The notes beneath the pieces were generated by a model. The model was not told the DNA's origin. It saw only the letters and a program-made list of their open reading frames with translations, and searched no databases. This document shows, piece after piece, positions 37,549-50,718 of a stretch of 64,000 nucleotides of DNA (the stretch's first letter is position 1; the number at the start of each line of letters is the position of its first letter). This DNA is from Ramazzottius varieornatus (Eukaryota; Animalia; Tardigrada), in assembly GCA_001949185.1 (NCBI GenBank), contig BDGG01000017.1, forward strand, positions 1-64,000. Reading direction: 5' to 3'. Position numbers and translations under genes: made by a program.

Positions 37549-40500
37549 TCATATAGCCTTCCCTTCGTTTATGGTCCGCGAAGGCAGCTCTGCTCTGACG
37601 TTCCCTGTTACACTCGGTTCGCAGGGATGGGCATTCCATATGTCTTTACAATATTCACGGATAGTCCGATCACTGAGAATCATGAAGCTTCTTTTGACTA
37701 CTGCAATCTCAAGCAAACTGCCATGAACAGTAAAGCATAGTAAGCCGCACCTGCTAAACTTTCCACTGGCAGCAATGTTACACAGAGCCATTCTGCTCCA
37801 TCGAGGTTTGTCCAGGTAGGCCTCGTTGACCTTCTTCTGAGCTTTGATGTAATCGTCAAAATCCGCGCACAACATATAGCTATAAAACAATCAATAACGC
37901 CCTGTCAGGATTGTATCAGGGTCCTGATCGTATCAACATTATGAGGTATAAAATCTTACAAATCATGGCACAAAATATTTTCCACGACGGGTTTGAACTT
38001 ATCCGGCTTAGACGGACTGAACACGCCCCTCAGGACGGCATCCAGCGCTACCTTCAAATCAGGACTCTTATCGTAAAAGGATTTTGGATTATACCTGCAA
38101 AACACATTGGTCATGTGCCAAGCCAGAGAATAAACCCAAAATTAATCAGTGACTCACCCGGCTTTCCGAAGAGCTTCAACTTGCGGAACGGTCATGCCAA
38201 ACAAAAAGAAGTTCTCGGCGCCCATTTCTTCCCTCATTTCGACGTTGGCGCCGTCCAGCGTCCCAACCGTCAAGGCACCGTTTATCATGAATTTCATGTT
38301 TCCCGTCCCTGAGGCCTCGGTGCCAGCTAGGGAAATCTGTTCGGACAGGTCGGTGGCCGGTATGACCTTTTCGGCTAGCGTGACGTTGTAGTTTTCCAGG
38401 TAGATGAGCTTCAGTTTGTTGCCGATGGCCGGGTCGTTGTTGATGACGCTAGCCACACTGCAGATTAGACTGATGACTTGCTTGGCCATCCAGTAGCCGG
38501 GAGCGGCTTTCCCGCCGATCATGACGACGCGTGGCACTACCGGCTCGTTGGGGCTCTTCTTGATGCGCAGGTACATTGTGATGACGTGCAGGCAGTTGAG
38601 CATCTGCCTCTTGTACTCGTGTATCCGTTTAACCTGTTTCAAAATTCAGCAGAAACAGAATAGAAAAATACATGCGACTGTAAGGATTTTGTTGCGCCAT
38701 TTTGCTGCTGACTTAGCGCGTGACCGTTTTCCGGCTTGTAAGCTTATAAACAAAACGAATAAGTAAAACTTCATTTGGACCTCGACAAAACAATTACGGC
38801 CGGATTGTCTTTCCAGGTGGCGCATGCGTACAGAGCTATTCGCTAAGGCCTTGCGAAGAGCCATGGTGTCGAGGTTGTTCGCCAAGTTCTCACATTGTCT
38901 ATGTGAGTCTTTTTAGTTACCTGAACATCGAACATGGCTTCCGGGTTGACTTCGATTTTGTAGTCTCGCTTAATAAGTTGTGCGAACCTTCTCTTGTTAT
39001 CCAGCTTGACAGCGGCCAATTTCGTCACGACACTTTGATCATTCAGTCCAATCGACTTCAATGTCTGCAGTGAATCGAGGCTGCGTATCCACTGCTCGAT
39101 AGGTCCGAGTTTCTCACAGAGAAAGTCGGTCAACCGGGGGTTACATCCGATCAGCCACCTCCTGGGCGTGATGCCATTCGTCTTGTTCTGAAACTTCTCA
39201 GGCCATAACTCGTAGAAAGACCTGAAGAGGCTGGCTTTCAGGATTTCAGTGTGGATAGCTGCCACGCCGTTCACCGCGTGCGAGCCGACTATGGCGAGAC
39301 GGGCCATGTTGACACGTTTCTTCGGGTTGTATTGATCTGGTTCTTCTATGATGGATAATTCTCTGTCACGCGAACCATCCGGCCATCTTTTCTTCACGAC
39401 TTCATTCAGAAAATTATGGTTTATTAAACTAAAACGGACAAAGTAGAGACTTTGACGGTTTAACTGGAATATTCAACTGGAGAGTTTCAACTTACTAAAT
39501 TATTTCTAGATGGCGGGGTAACATATGTCCCATCATTTCCACTGGCCACCGTTCAAGAGCTTCTGGTAGTACGGTATGGTTGGTATAGGCGAAGGTGAGA
39601 CAACTGGTGTTCCACGCTTCATCCCACGGTAAATTTTCTTCGTCCTTTGGATAATAACCAACATAATGTAGATTGTGTCTGGAAGACAGAGAGCGACCTC
39701 TTGGAAAATCTTACCACTAGAACACGCATCAGTTCCGGAATGGCTAATGACGGATGGGTATCGTTGAGCTGGATAGCAACCTTGTTGGTAAATTGCTTAA
39801 AGTCGGACCGTAGGGGCTGGTCTACCCCATACCGATAAGACTTGAACCGTCTTATAATGTCCCGAAGCGAGGCTGCCACCAAAAAGTACTCCTGCTTAAA
39901 GCGAAGTTCCTTGCCGGTGAAAAAGTTATCGTTGGGGTACAGCACTCTCGAGATACTGAAAAGAAAGTCAAGGTGATGACAGTGAACTCATGACGAAACG
40001 TGTCATGTGCAAAAACGAAAGGGAGACGCAGTTAAATTACCTACTTCTCTGCCGTGTTTCGGTCCAGCACGGCGTCAATGTATTTGCCCGAGTTGAAATC
40101 GGAGAAGGCAAACGTGTTGGGAGACTTGGCAGCCCATAAGCGGAGAACGTTGCACGTATCATTACGGAAGCCGGGGACAGGAATATCGTAGGCCAAAGCG
40201 AACACATCCTATGATACAGCATCAGTCTAGAATCTTTCGTTACTTTGTTGTACATGTGACTGTGTGTATCGATGAAACACTTACGTGAGTGTCGACCCAG
40301 TGTGATTTGCCCTCGTCATCGACGTACGTTCTTCCGTAATAACTGACAGGCCGTTGCCTGTCTCGGCGTTGCATCTCCCAGGGATCGCCAAAGTCCAACC
40401 AGTCGTCCCGATCTTCGACTTGTTCACCGTTGACAATCCGCTGTTTGAAGATGCCAAATTCGTAGCGGATACCGTAACCGATGGCAGGTACCGACAGCGT

Positions 40501-41115
40501 GGCTAGCGAATCCATGAAGCAGGCAGCCAGGCGACCCAAGCCGCCATTACCTAAACCAGCGTCTTCTTCCAACTCTTGCAGTTCCTCCAGCTGCAGACCA
40601 AGGCTGTTCATGGCTTCGACACAGGGCTCGCGGATATTCAGGTTGGAGATGGTATTGCTCAACGTTCGTCCGATGAGATATTCCATGGACAGGTAATAAA
40701 CACGCTGGAAGTAACAAAGTACAGTATGGTTCATAGATCACTTTTGTTGATGGTCACTTTTCGCTGGATGCAAGTTCATCTTACCTTTGGATCAACCTGG
40801 TAGTAATGCTGTTGTGTTCTTATGAACTTTTTCATGAGGTGATCCTGAGTCGTCCGAGCTAGAACGAAGAAATAGTCCATGGCGCTGGCTGTATGCCGGT
40901 CTTTTCCAGCGGTAAAATGGAGATGCTCATTGAAACGTTGCTTGATGGCTTCGGCGGTGGAGGGCGTATAAGTGTTACGGACACTCAAGAACCGGTCTCG
41001 ATGAGCCTTCCCCGCAGCTACATCTGACGCTACACATTACGAACAGCCCACCCAGATAATACGCCATCGTAATTCGTTAGACTCTAATCTAAACGTAAAG
41101 TGATTGCTTACCCAT
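37549..41115 (-). CDS. Glycogen phosphorylase, multi-exon
   Basis: The 4-nt first exon ATGG is followed by [17 protein letters not shown]... Later motifs: [59 protein letters not shown] motif EASGTGNMK and [12 protein letters not shown]. Confidence 0.95.
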
Positions 41116-41940
41116 TTTACCACAATCAGTGGATTGGAGTCAGCAGAGTTTACATCAGTTAAAACAGCTGCTCTTCAGAGACATAGGCAACCGAGCGGCA
41201 TGTAATTTGGGATACATAGGGACAGAAAGATGCAAAGAGTGGAGCACTTTGGAAGTGTAATTTTCTACCAGACTACGTAATGGCCAATGGCGAATCTCAG
41301 AATGATTCCTTTTGCTTGTTTGTTGTAACTATTTGGCGCAATCTTAAGACTCGCCTCATGCTTTGCTGCAGTGACTTGGCAACGCAGGCTTACTGTATTG
41401 TAACTAAGACTAACCGTTTCATCACGTCGGTGCACTCCATCTGAATCTATTTAATGGATAAAGCGTTTTGAGTCCATCCCACAGTAAATTATCAGCGGAG
41501 CTGCTGTGCAAGGGCGTGCCGGTCCGGGTTCTACAGCGTAGAGTCTCTTCTACGACTTTCGATACATCCTTCTGCATTGGCGCAAAACCGATGGGATCCG
41601 CAACAGTTGTATTAATTTCAGAACTGTAGTCCTCACATTTTAACGCGCACTCAACCACGTGCCGAACCATCGTTCCCCACTATGATATTATCAGATATTC
41701 GCATCAGATATTATCAGTGTAGCCCCTTTGACTCTCACCCTGGCGTTATTCACTGTTCACGTGGCTGTCTGCGCGTTGAACTGTGAGCACTACCTTACAA
41801 TGGCTACCTACGGAGTTTAGCCAGTTGGTTCTTACAAAAGACGTTTACTAGTTGTAAAAAGCACGATAACTCACGTAAAGTCAACAACATTGCGTGTTTC
41901 GTATAGCTGAACGACCATGTCGTGTCACAGTTTCTACTAA

Positions 41941-42198
41941 CAGTCCTACCTGTGAGATGTGACAGTTCAAATGCCCGATTTCAGTTCCGGACGGTACGTG
42001 TATACACGGGGCTGCTCGCTATGCTGTTCGCATGAGACCGATCAGCTGATCGGACACGCGCTTGATTACTTGATCAAGTCAAGCCATAACCGGACGTCCA
42101 TCAGCTGATCGTGCTGCGCAGTGCATGGCCAGCAGTCTCGTGCAGAAACGCTGTTCGGTTGCAGAAGAAGCAATTGTCACATCTCACAGGTAGGACTG
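41941..42198. mobile_element. MITE (258 bp), copy 1
   Basis: Perfect 24-bp TIRs CAGTCCTACCTGTGAGATGTGACA and TGTCACATCTCACAGGTAGGACTG. Confidence 0.85.
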
Positions 42199-42469
42199 CA
42201 TCTATAAAATTGTCTAGCAGTAAGTGCAAACGACGCGTCCTAAAGTTGGGGGTAACCGGTTATTAGCACGCATAGTTATCTGCCTACCGTAAAAACTGTC
42301 CGGACATCCAATACGCAGTTGAGATATGCCGTATTTTCTGGAATAGTTTTTAATCTCTCCGCACGAACGCCACACCAGTCATTACTTACGGAGCCACAGG
42401 CCTTATTTAATCAATTTCTCGAACGAGTGCTTCCGCTTGACGAGAACAACTGGGGCAGATTCAACTTGG

Positions 42470-42646
42470 GTACACGCACGAAGGGAAAGTTTGAAACAGG
42501 CGGAAAAGACGGCTAATTGAGAATTCAACCGTAAAAATTGTCAGAAAGTGCAGTGGTGTGACTTGCACAAGTACGTACGAACTTCCGTTCCGCTGTTTCG
42601 GAATGGCCTGTCTCAAACTGTTCCAGACGTTCCCTCCGCGCATGTA
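42470..42646. mobile_element. Short MITE related to 3924-4402
   Basis: GTACACGCACGAAGGGAAAGTTTGAAACAGG and CCTGTCTCAAAC..TTCCCTCCGCGCATGTAC, with a shared internal segment. Confidence 0.55.
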
Positions 42647-43235
42647 CTGCGGAAGGAACTTCGCGCTCGGTTTTCAATTCTGTATTTACACTATTTATCG
42701 AGTTATTCCAGTCGAAAGATCCAAATTGAATCGTTCCAGCTTCAAACAGCTATGAACGGTTGCAGCAGGACAGGTAAACTAGATTTCATTATCCCTACCC
42801 GTTCATCTGATTTAATTACAACACTTCCCCGACTTCGTTCTTGGTAAAAACTGACGATTCTAAGTTAAATAACAACCAGTAGTCCCGCCTGCAGTTTGGC
42901 TGTATGTCAAACACCATCATCACAGATATTCCTGCTACAGTTTCACCGCAGAAAGTGCTCGGCTCGTGCGGTCTTTGATGAAAGGTTTCCAGCGGGAAAA
43001 AGCGCCAGCAATATGGTTTTTCAATTAGTGACAAGTTTCGGGTTATAGTCGAAGGTTTGAAGTGCACAGTGTGCGGAAGGAGTGAAGAGCCGATCTCACC
43101 TGTCCCCCAGTGTTTCCGGTAATCCGTCGTGTTCTGGAAGCGATCTTTAGTCGACACCTGTGCCTTTTCGTCACGTGCAGAGAAATACCGGTATTCAGCT
43201 GGATGTAGCATACGCGTACACTTGCAATCTCCGCC

Positions 43236-43737
43236 ATATGGCTCTCGGCGGCCCAGTTTCCGGAACATTATTTTTGCCACCAAACGATCCTTTTCTGACA
43301 TGAAGTTCGAGAGAATTTTCAGGGGCACCGGATGGTAGCTTTGCCGTACCTCGCCGTGGCTCAATGTGTCAGAAAACTGTTCGCCCTTCTGGGAAGATAT
43401 TCCAAACCGCTTCAGGGGCAACCACCAGCTGAAACACCACAGCCTATGGGTTTCGGGTCAGAACGATTGTATACGTAGTTTCACGGCGTGCGACGTCATT
43501 CTGGTGCTGGAATTTTTTGGACGAAAATCCGAATCCCTGTGGATCTTCCTGACGTGGCCGTTTGACGAGTGGTCAGTTGGCCAAATGGCTTCAGCTTTCA
43601 TGCCCTTCGATGTTTTTCCATGTTATCTCATCAGCAGTTACAAAAAGCCCCTGGGGTGCCAGAACGTCAAAACCGATTCCTGAACAATCGAGTTATTAGT
43701 CAATGTTTCGGATAACGGGTCGCCGAAACCCATATGC
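43236..43737. mobile_element. ~500-bp TIR element, copy 1
   Basis: Ends CATATGGCTCTCGGCGGCCC and GGGTCGCCGAAACCCATATG. The interior (TTTGCCGTACCTCGCCGTGGCTCAA, CTGACGT(G/A)GCC) is colinear with 63087-63558. Confidence 0.7.
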
Positions 43738-43891
43738 CTTCTGAATAGATGTCCGTAGCCTCCCCCGTCTAATGTAGGTGTGTGAAGAGTTTTCAGTGTA
43801 ATCTTTCCCACTCGACGTTGAGATGAACTCTTTGGGAGTTTTACAGTTAGCATTCTGTGAATGAGGAAACAGCCAGCAGCCAAGATCGAAT

Positions 43892-46800
43892 ATGTCCGTG
43901 GTCCGTGGAGCTATCTTCAGAATGATGGTTACCCGTGTGCCCGTCAACCTTATCGAGATAATATGTGTGTCGACTTGGCTCTTGTGCACTCGAATGTCGG
44001 TTTCAACAGTGCGCCTTAACATCATCACTGTATACACTGGACAGAACCCCGTGTACGGCTACATTTCTACCGGACCGGGTGCCATTGCAGGACTAGAAAA
44101 GGCTGCGGTTATGTACCCGGAAGTCTTTCGTAATTATACGCTTTATACCGTGTATTCTCCTGGCGGTCCTATCGCATGCGCCGATGCCGCCCTTCAAATG
44201 GGCTTTCTGGCTGGGAACATTACCGATATCTTAGAAAGAACCACGGGCTTTACCATAATCTACACTCCAGGTATGGAATTTGAACGACTGTACCTGATAC
44301 AATCGTAAATTTCTGTTGCGGTGAAGATTTGAGCAACTTTCACGGTGTATTTCTTGACAGGTTGTACTCTGGAAACAATGGCACTCGGCGATTTTGCTCG
44401 AGGTACAGTGTGCACTAAGATCAACGATGTCGTCACAAGTTTCGCTCGGGTCCCGTTTCCCAGATACCCAACGCAGAAATTTTTCTTACACCAGTACTAC
44501 TGTACATGCTTGGACATCGCAGCGTTCATCTTTTTGTTTCAGAATGGAATTTGCCGCTCCTGTCTAAGTAGAATTCTCTATTTATACCGAAGGCGGAAAT
44601 CACGCTGCTGAACCAATGGTTGTTTATAGCGTGGCTAGGGACTCTCGAATCAACAATAAACAACGATTCCCCACGGTGCTCACAGGAGCCGGTCCTGATC
44701 ATACAAGCATGAACCAGGCTCTTTTGGATCTGCTTGACTTACTACGCTGGCGCACCGTAACTCTGATTTGTGATGCCATGTCACAATATCCAGGCCTCAA
44801 TGTCTTTTTTACTCTCTCTTGCGCCAACCTGCGAGCTCAACAGGCTCATAATCGAGCGATACTCACCCTGCACAACCTCGATTTCGATTCAAAGTTCGTG
44901 AAGGATTTTGAGCCATTCCTTTTACAAGCAAAACGTCAAAGCCGAAGTAAGACAGTCCGGAATCTTTTCATCTAAGCTTTGTCTTTACGTGGGCATCCCT
45001 TTGTAGTTATCGTCGTGATTTCCCATCCAAAAATTCTACACAAGATCATGGTGGGCGAACTCTGACAAGGGATTTATACCAATCGGTCCACTTCGATGCC
45101 AAAATCAGTACGATAGGATGTTACAGAAGAGTTTCCTCTATTAACCAAGATATAGACTGTATCGGCGGAAGAAATTCCTGGACGCCACTACAAAATTCGG
45201 GAACACGGGAACGCTTTTCCTACGGTACCGCAGGGGTCTGCTCCAGTGACGTAATGCTCTTTGATTGATATTTTTGATTGCAGGTCAGCCCTGCCCCGAC
45301 AAACAGGACTTTGTGGGAAATTTTTTTCATTGTGTGTATCGCCCATGACATAACGATCAGCTGATCGCTGATTCGGTTAATGTAAGCTAACCCGAAGTTC
45401 TTACGAGACGGCGCCATGGGTGGAACGTGTGTACACGGCTAATGTTACGGCTTGGCTCGTGACGTAAGGGCCGAGGTTCCCATTCCTCGACTGTTTTCCA
45501 CAAAGTCCTGCTTGCCGGGGTATAGCCGGCTCACTTATTACTTCACTACCAACTGGGATAGAAATAAGTACGATGTTTTGGTAACAAGTGCAGAGACGCA
45601 AGTTGGAAAGTCCAAAGCCTGCCCGAGTTTCTGCGCCTTGGCTGCTGAAGACAACATGGGTCTGTAAAAAAGCGGCAAGACCACTGGGCATGCTACCGAA
45701 ACGCAGATTTGTATCGGAAACAGCTTCTTGACTAGTATTCAGTGTGCGTGTTGGCAGCATACCCATCGATGGTGTGGCTTGCTCACAGAGTTGTAGTTTT
45801 CATCATCAGAGGTGCAAAAACTCATACGGCTCTTGAAGTGCACAACTTGCACTTCTGCCATCACCAACAAGTCCTGTTTATCTTAAAGTTCAAGCTATCC
45901 CTTTTCCGGACTTTGGGTCGGTGGCACACGTTGCAGGACAGAAACCGCATGGTGCAGAAAAAAAAGTAATTCTTGTGAAGGTCGTCATACCCGTTACCCC
46001 TCGATCAAGGTAATAAGTGCGCCGGCGAGGATCTGAACAGCTGGTCTAATCTGGATCTACGACTGCGCCATAGTGCTCACCATCAACTGTCCAAGTTACG
46101 CAAATGCAAAACGGTGTGGCATTCTGCATATGGCACTGAGCCGCAGGCCCAAAAGTGAGCTGCTGCGGTGCTGCGCATCTTTCCAGGTTGCTGTGCGTAC
46201 CGCTGTGCTGCATAACTTTTCCACCTGGTGGCTTTGCTGCAGCTGCACAGCTACCTGCTGCAACTGAACTGCATTCCGATTAGCTAACACAATTGTCAGC
46301 AGAATCGATGGTCTGTCGGAAAAACGTTAGCTTTAAGTACGGTGGAACTCGAAAGTCCCGAGTTTGAATGCCGAAAACCATTGTTTAATATCGGTGCGTG
46401 GTCTGCGCGGCGGTACCGCCTCCACGCTGCATGCTGTGCTGTGCTGTACAGATTTTTCCAACTTTCACTTTAGTGCTGTGCTGCAGCACAGCACAGTTAC
46501 AGCGCAGTACAGCACAGATTCGGTCTCTGGTCTCGCCAATCAGCCGATCGTCTTGCTGTCAATCAAAAACCAAACCAAAGTGCGTTACGTCAGAGCGTAC
46601 CGATTGCGTCCTCGGGATGGGACTGGACGGCAGTTTTTCCCATGCTTCAGAATTCTGTAGTGGCTTCCAGCAATTTCTTCTGCTGATACAGTCCATCTTG
46701 GCTTACCGTATTGATTTTGGGATCGGAGCCGTCCGGGTCGCATAAATTCTTTGCGAGTGGTACTAGTGTCCCCAATATTGTATATTAATGACTCATGCAA

Positions 46801-48950
46801 TTCTAGATAGCCGCCCACCGACTTCGACTAACTGACGGAGATTATGTGAGTCGATTGCTGTATGTAGTCTCTGTCGACATCAACAGATCTTATCAGGTGT
46901 TTCAGCATGACTTGTCCGTTTTTTGGGGGTAACTTTCAAATTCTTTTTTCTTCGCCGTTAGACTTTTTTATTCCAAAAAATATCCTAAAGCTTATATGGG
47001 CTCTCCTTGTTTCTTGCGTAGACAAGCGAGTATCGTACGATCATGCTTGGAAGAGTAATCATTGAGAACTGTCGCCGGAATCATTGAGAACTGTCGACGG
47101 TGGTGTCGATAGGTATCCCTAACTCTTAGATATCCATATGCGGTGCCAAGTCTGGATCAGAGTCTCCCGACTTTAGGGAAATCCGACTCTCGTTTGCGGG
47201 TGATCATCCTTTCCACCTGGCTATCTTTTTCAACCGAACCGTTTTGCAAAGCCGTACTCGGGCTTTTAATAGCACTAAGTCTGGCGCTCTCTTTGCCATG
47301 TTTTGCAGATTTTTGAAAGTTCGAACTTGGAGAAGAAAAATAGTTTTATTCTGAGTCAAGTGATATTTAAAATTTGAGCGTCGATATGTCTATCTTTGCT
47401 GAGTTCTAGCAGCGACGATTCCAGGTGTCCAGAAGCAGATCTTAAAGGCTAGACTCGGTACTACTATGCACAGAAAGTATTGGAGGGATATCTCGTTTTA
47501 CTTTAGAGAAACAAATTTGCAGTTAGGCCCGGGGAAAACGGACAAGTCGTACTGAAACACCTGATACAGCATACGCAGTGAGCGTGCAACACGATTTTGC
47601 TTCTTCGTATTCATCCATTGCAGGTCTTCCTGGGCGCAGCCACCGGTCCCGCAATCCCGGCGAAAGTCGCACTCACTTGGCCGTGGGAGTTCAGCGAAGA
47701 CAAAAATGAGGTGAAAATGGGTTTTCACACAAAGCTGGTAAAGTTTCGAAATAATATTATATTAATAATGTGCTGCACCTATGAAAGTCAGTTGATGAAG
47801 TGTGCGTTTAAGTGTATTCGGGGATTCTCAATGACGGGTCTGCTTTACTAGACAACTCTCCAAGCCTTCAGACACCTCATTATTTACACCGCTGTTGATC
47901 CCGACTGGAAGCGAGTTCCGGAGTGGTTGGAGGAGATTTCGGGTGCAGCTCGAACCCATTTCAATACCAATTTTTCAGAGAACCAGAAAGTTCGCAATAA
48001 TCTACTGCCGTTTATACGTATTCGGAGACTACGCTTTTTTTCCAGTACAACGAACTCGTTATCTCGGCATACGAGATGATGCTTGCGACCGGTCAAGTAA
48101 GTTGCACGCGCGGGCTTCGAAAAGACTCACCGAAGACTTCAAGTTTTCACATGAATAGGTACTCCGTGAGACAATGGGCAATGTCAACCTCGATGGCCGC
48201 TTATTTGCGGCGCATTTCTGGAACAGAACTTTTGAGTTTCCATCTAGAAAGTTCACGATGGGACCGTACGGTCAGTTGAAACGTTTCCCGAATCCCTATC
48301 GAAATAGATGTCTGAAGGGTTTGTCTCCCCGGCAGGTATGCGGGTGGCTGACTTTCTGTTCTTACGACCGAACCTATCCACCAGATACGTGGAGGTTTGA
48401 ATCGCTTTCCTTACTGCTTTTCCTTTATTCAAATAATCGTGTATCTTAAACAGGAAGTCTGGCGGTACGATGCGGCTACCAGACTTCTGAATGTATCTGC
48501 CGTACTTGGTGCGGTATGGCCCTCCTCTACCGGAAGGGCTCCTCCAGATCGTCCTACTTGCGGATACAGCGGTGAACTCTGTAATACCACAAGTGCGTCG
48601 TCAAATGACATACAGCTGCAGATTTGTAACATGAAACAAACCCGAGGTGGTCGTGCTAGTTATAACAGACGTTACTTTTGATCCATTTGGCGTATTTCCA
48701 GTGGATTCAAGAGCCATGGTTGGGACGGCGTTCGCAATTGGGTTTTTCGTTCTTTGGACAGTGTATCTCGTCCAGTAAGGATTGTTCAATAAGCGAGCTG
48801 CCTACATCGGGGACAGTCCACGGCCATACTCATCGGTTACGTTTTCGCAGGAACCGATACAGTAAACATGAAGCGGACAATCCATGGTGGTCGATCAATG
48901 TCGAGGATCTGGCTTTTCGAGATGATAATCGAATTCCAAATCATGAGTAG
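43892..48950 (+). CDS. ANF/natriuretic-peptide-receptor-like single-pass receptor lacking kinase and cyclase domains
   Basis: Exons read ..IIYTP|GCTLETMALGDFAR|EWNLPLLS|SVARDSRINNKQRFPT..LRWRTVTLICD..|IAAHRLRLTDGDY|VFL..|FWNRTF..|WPSSTGRAPPDRPTCGYSGELC| TM AMVGTAFAIGFFVLWTVYLV|RNRYSKHEADNPWWSI..NHE*. Confidence 0.78.
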
Positions 48951-49195
48951 CGTGCAACATGTACCTCCTTTCGAGACAAACGTTAACTCTAACTGTACTG
49001 TGCTCTACAAATTTGGATTCCGTACCCCCGGCATGGGTTGGCCTTTACGCTTGGACGTTTTTGCAGTAGATGGCCAATTACTACACTGACTGTCGATTTA
49101 ACTACGATGTGAACCCATGAAAACAAAATCGCGAGTCTGGAGTACAATGCCGTCTGGGCGCGTCAGTGTACGTTGCCGTATGTACGATGAGTCTA

Positions 49196-49436
49196 TTAGG
49201 TGTGAAATGTGACAATTGCTTCTTCTGCAACCGAACAGCGTTTCTGCACGAGACTGCTAGTAGTACGCTGCGCAGCACCATCCGCTGATCGAGGTCCGGT
49301 TATGATCAAGTAATCAAGCGCGTGTCCGATCAGCTGATCGGTCTCATGCGAACAGCATAGCGAGCAGCCCCGTGTACATCCGTACCGGCCGAAAGCGAAA
49401 TCGGGCGTTTGAACTGACATCCCACAGGTAGAACAG
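49196..49436. mobile_element. MITE copy 2 (inverted relative to 41941-42198)
   Basis: Long near-identical reverse-complement match, e.g. CCGATCAGCTGATCGGTCTCATGCGAACAGCATAGCGAGCAGCCCCGTGTA. Confidence 0.85.
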
Positions 49437-50718
49437 TATCAGATCTCGAGACACAGATGCCGGGATATCAAGTACTTCACCACTTGCAGAGCACCCCACT
49501 GGAGCGTGACTTTTCTCTTCGATTTCATTCCCTCTTATGAAATAATCAGGAAAAACGAAATCACGAAATCTGTGAAAGATAATCCGTGGGCTTAATGTGT
49601 GACGTTGGACGCCCAAGGATGCTTTATTCTCGGATCACTGAGGATTTTTGAAAGGTTAAGCCTTGTACGTGCCTTCACCGCAAATTTGCTTTTTCTGCTA
49701 TCAAAAGATGTCATTGGCTGAAATGCGCTCGTTTGTAGAGAACAGGATAAAGTGATCTTCAAGTGAGCGAATATCATGCTCTTAACGTAGTCAGGCCGAG
49801 CGAAGCGAGGCCCGTTTAAGTCTGTCGAGATTTCAATGGAGGATCAGATTCTTCGAGCTTTCAGATATCGCAAACACAGTACTGAAAAAAGACACGCCAC
49901 TTGATTGGGGCGATTAAAAGTTTTACTGGGGAACCGTACTGTGAGTCACAAGTAAAAGTGCTCGCTCTACAATGGTCTGCCTCCTTTGCTCGGCCTTTCC
50001 AGTGGTCAGAACCACTAGCCAGTTTTTAAGTCAAGGGACATCGCCCACAGCGGCGTATAAGATTGAACTTCTGCGGAATCTTTACAGAACTTCTGAACTC
50101 CAGCACGCAGAACAGCTGAAAAAACGACTTTTCTTATTCCAGCAAGTACGTACACGTACGTGACGGTGCACCCCGTAGGGGGTTGCGCAGGCAGTGAATC
50201 CGGACTGGGGCTGTACTTCACGTGTGCGATAACGTACTGCGCGACAGCATCGAATATTTACAGTATCTGTTGAACTTTTACTGTAGAAAATTCCAAGCGA
50301 ATGATGTATCTGTGTAAAAAGGTGACATTACAGGCTCGGCTGGCTGATGCATGGCTAGTACTGTAGGTTCGGTATCTCTACTGGTTTCAGATTCTAAAAT
50401 TTTGAACCGTTCAGTGAGACCAACCATATTCCGAACGACCGAACTGTGCGAAAGGAGATTAAGGAAGCCGCCAAACACAATCTGTGGGCTTCGTGTCGGC
50501 TTAGCCTGTTTCACGCCCGGATTACAGGAGATGTCGCGAAGGTTTAACCGTCGGTGTAGCTCCACGGAGAATTTAGTCTTTCGGCTGTCGGAACATGTTT
50601 TCGGCTCCACGACGGAATATGATATGTCGTTGCGTTTTCCAGAAAAGCATTTTTCCGGTGCAGAGGAGCGGCTGTTTTTCATTCGGCAAAAACTTCGCGC
50701 CTGACTTGCGACGTCGAA

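Noticed and set aside
42816-43421. 201-aa minus-strand ORF resembling 63003-63212
   Set aside because: The similarity comes from the shared non-coding TIR element, and no transposase motif is recognisable.
47057-47096. Tandem duplication of AATCATTGAGAACTGTCG
   Set aside because: Ordinary local slippage in an intron.
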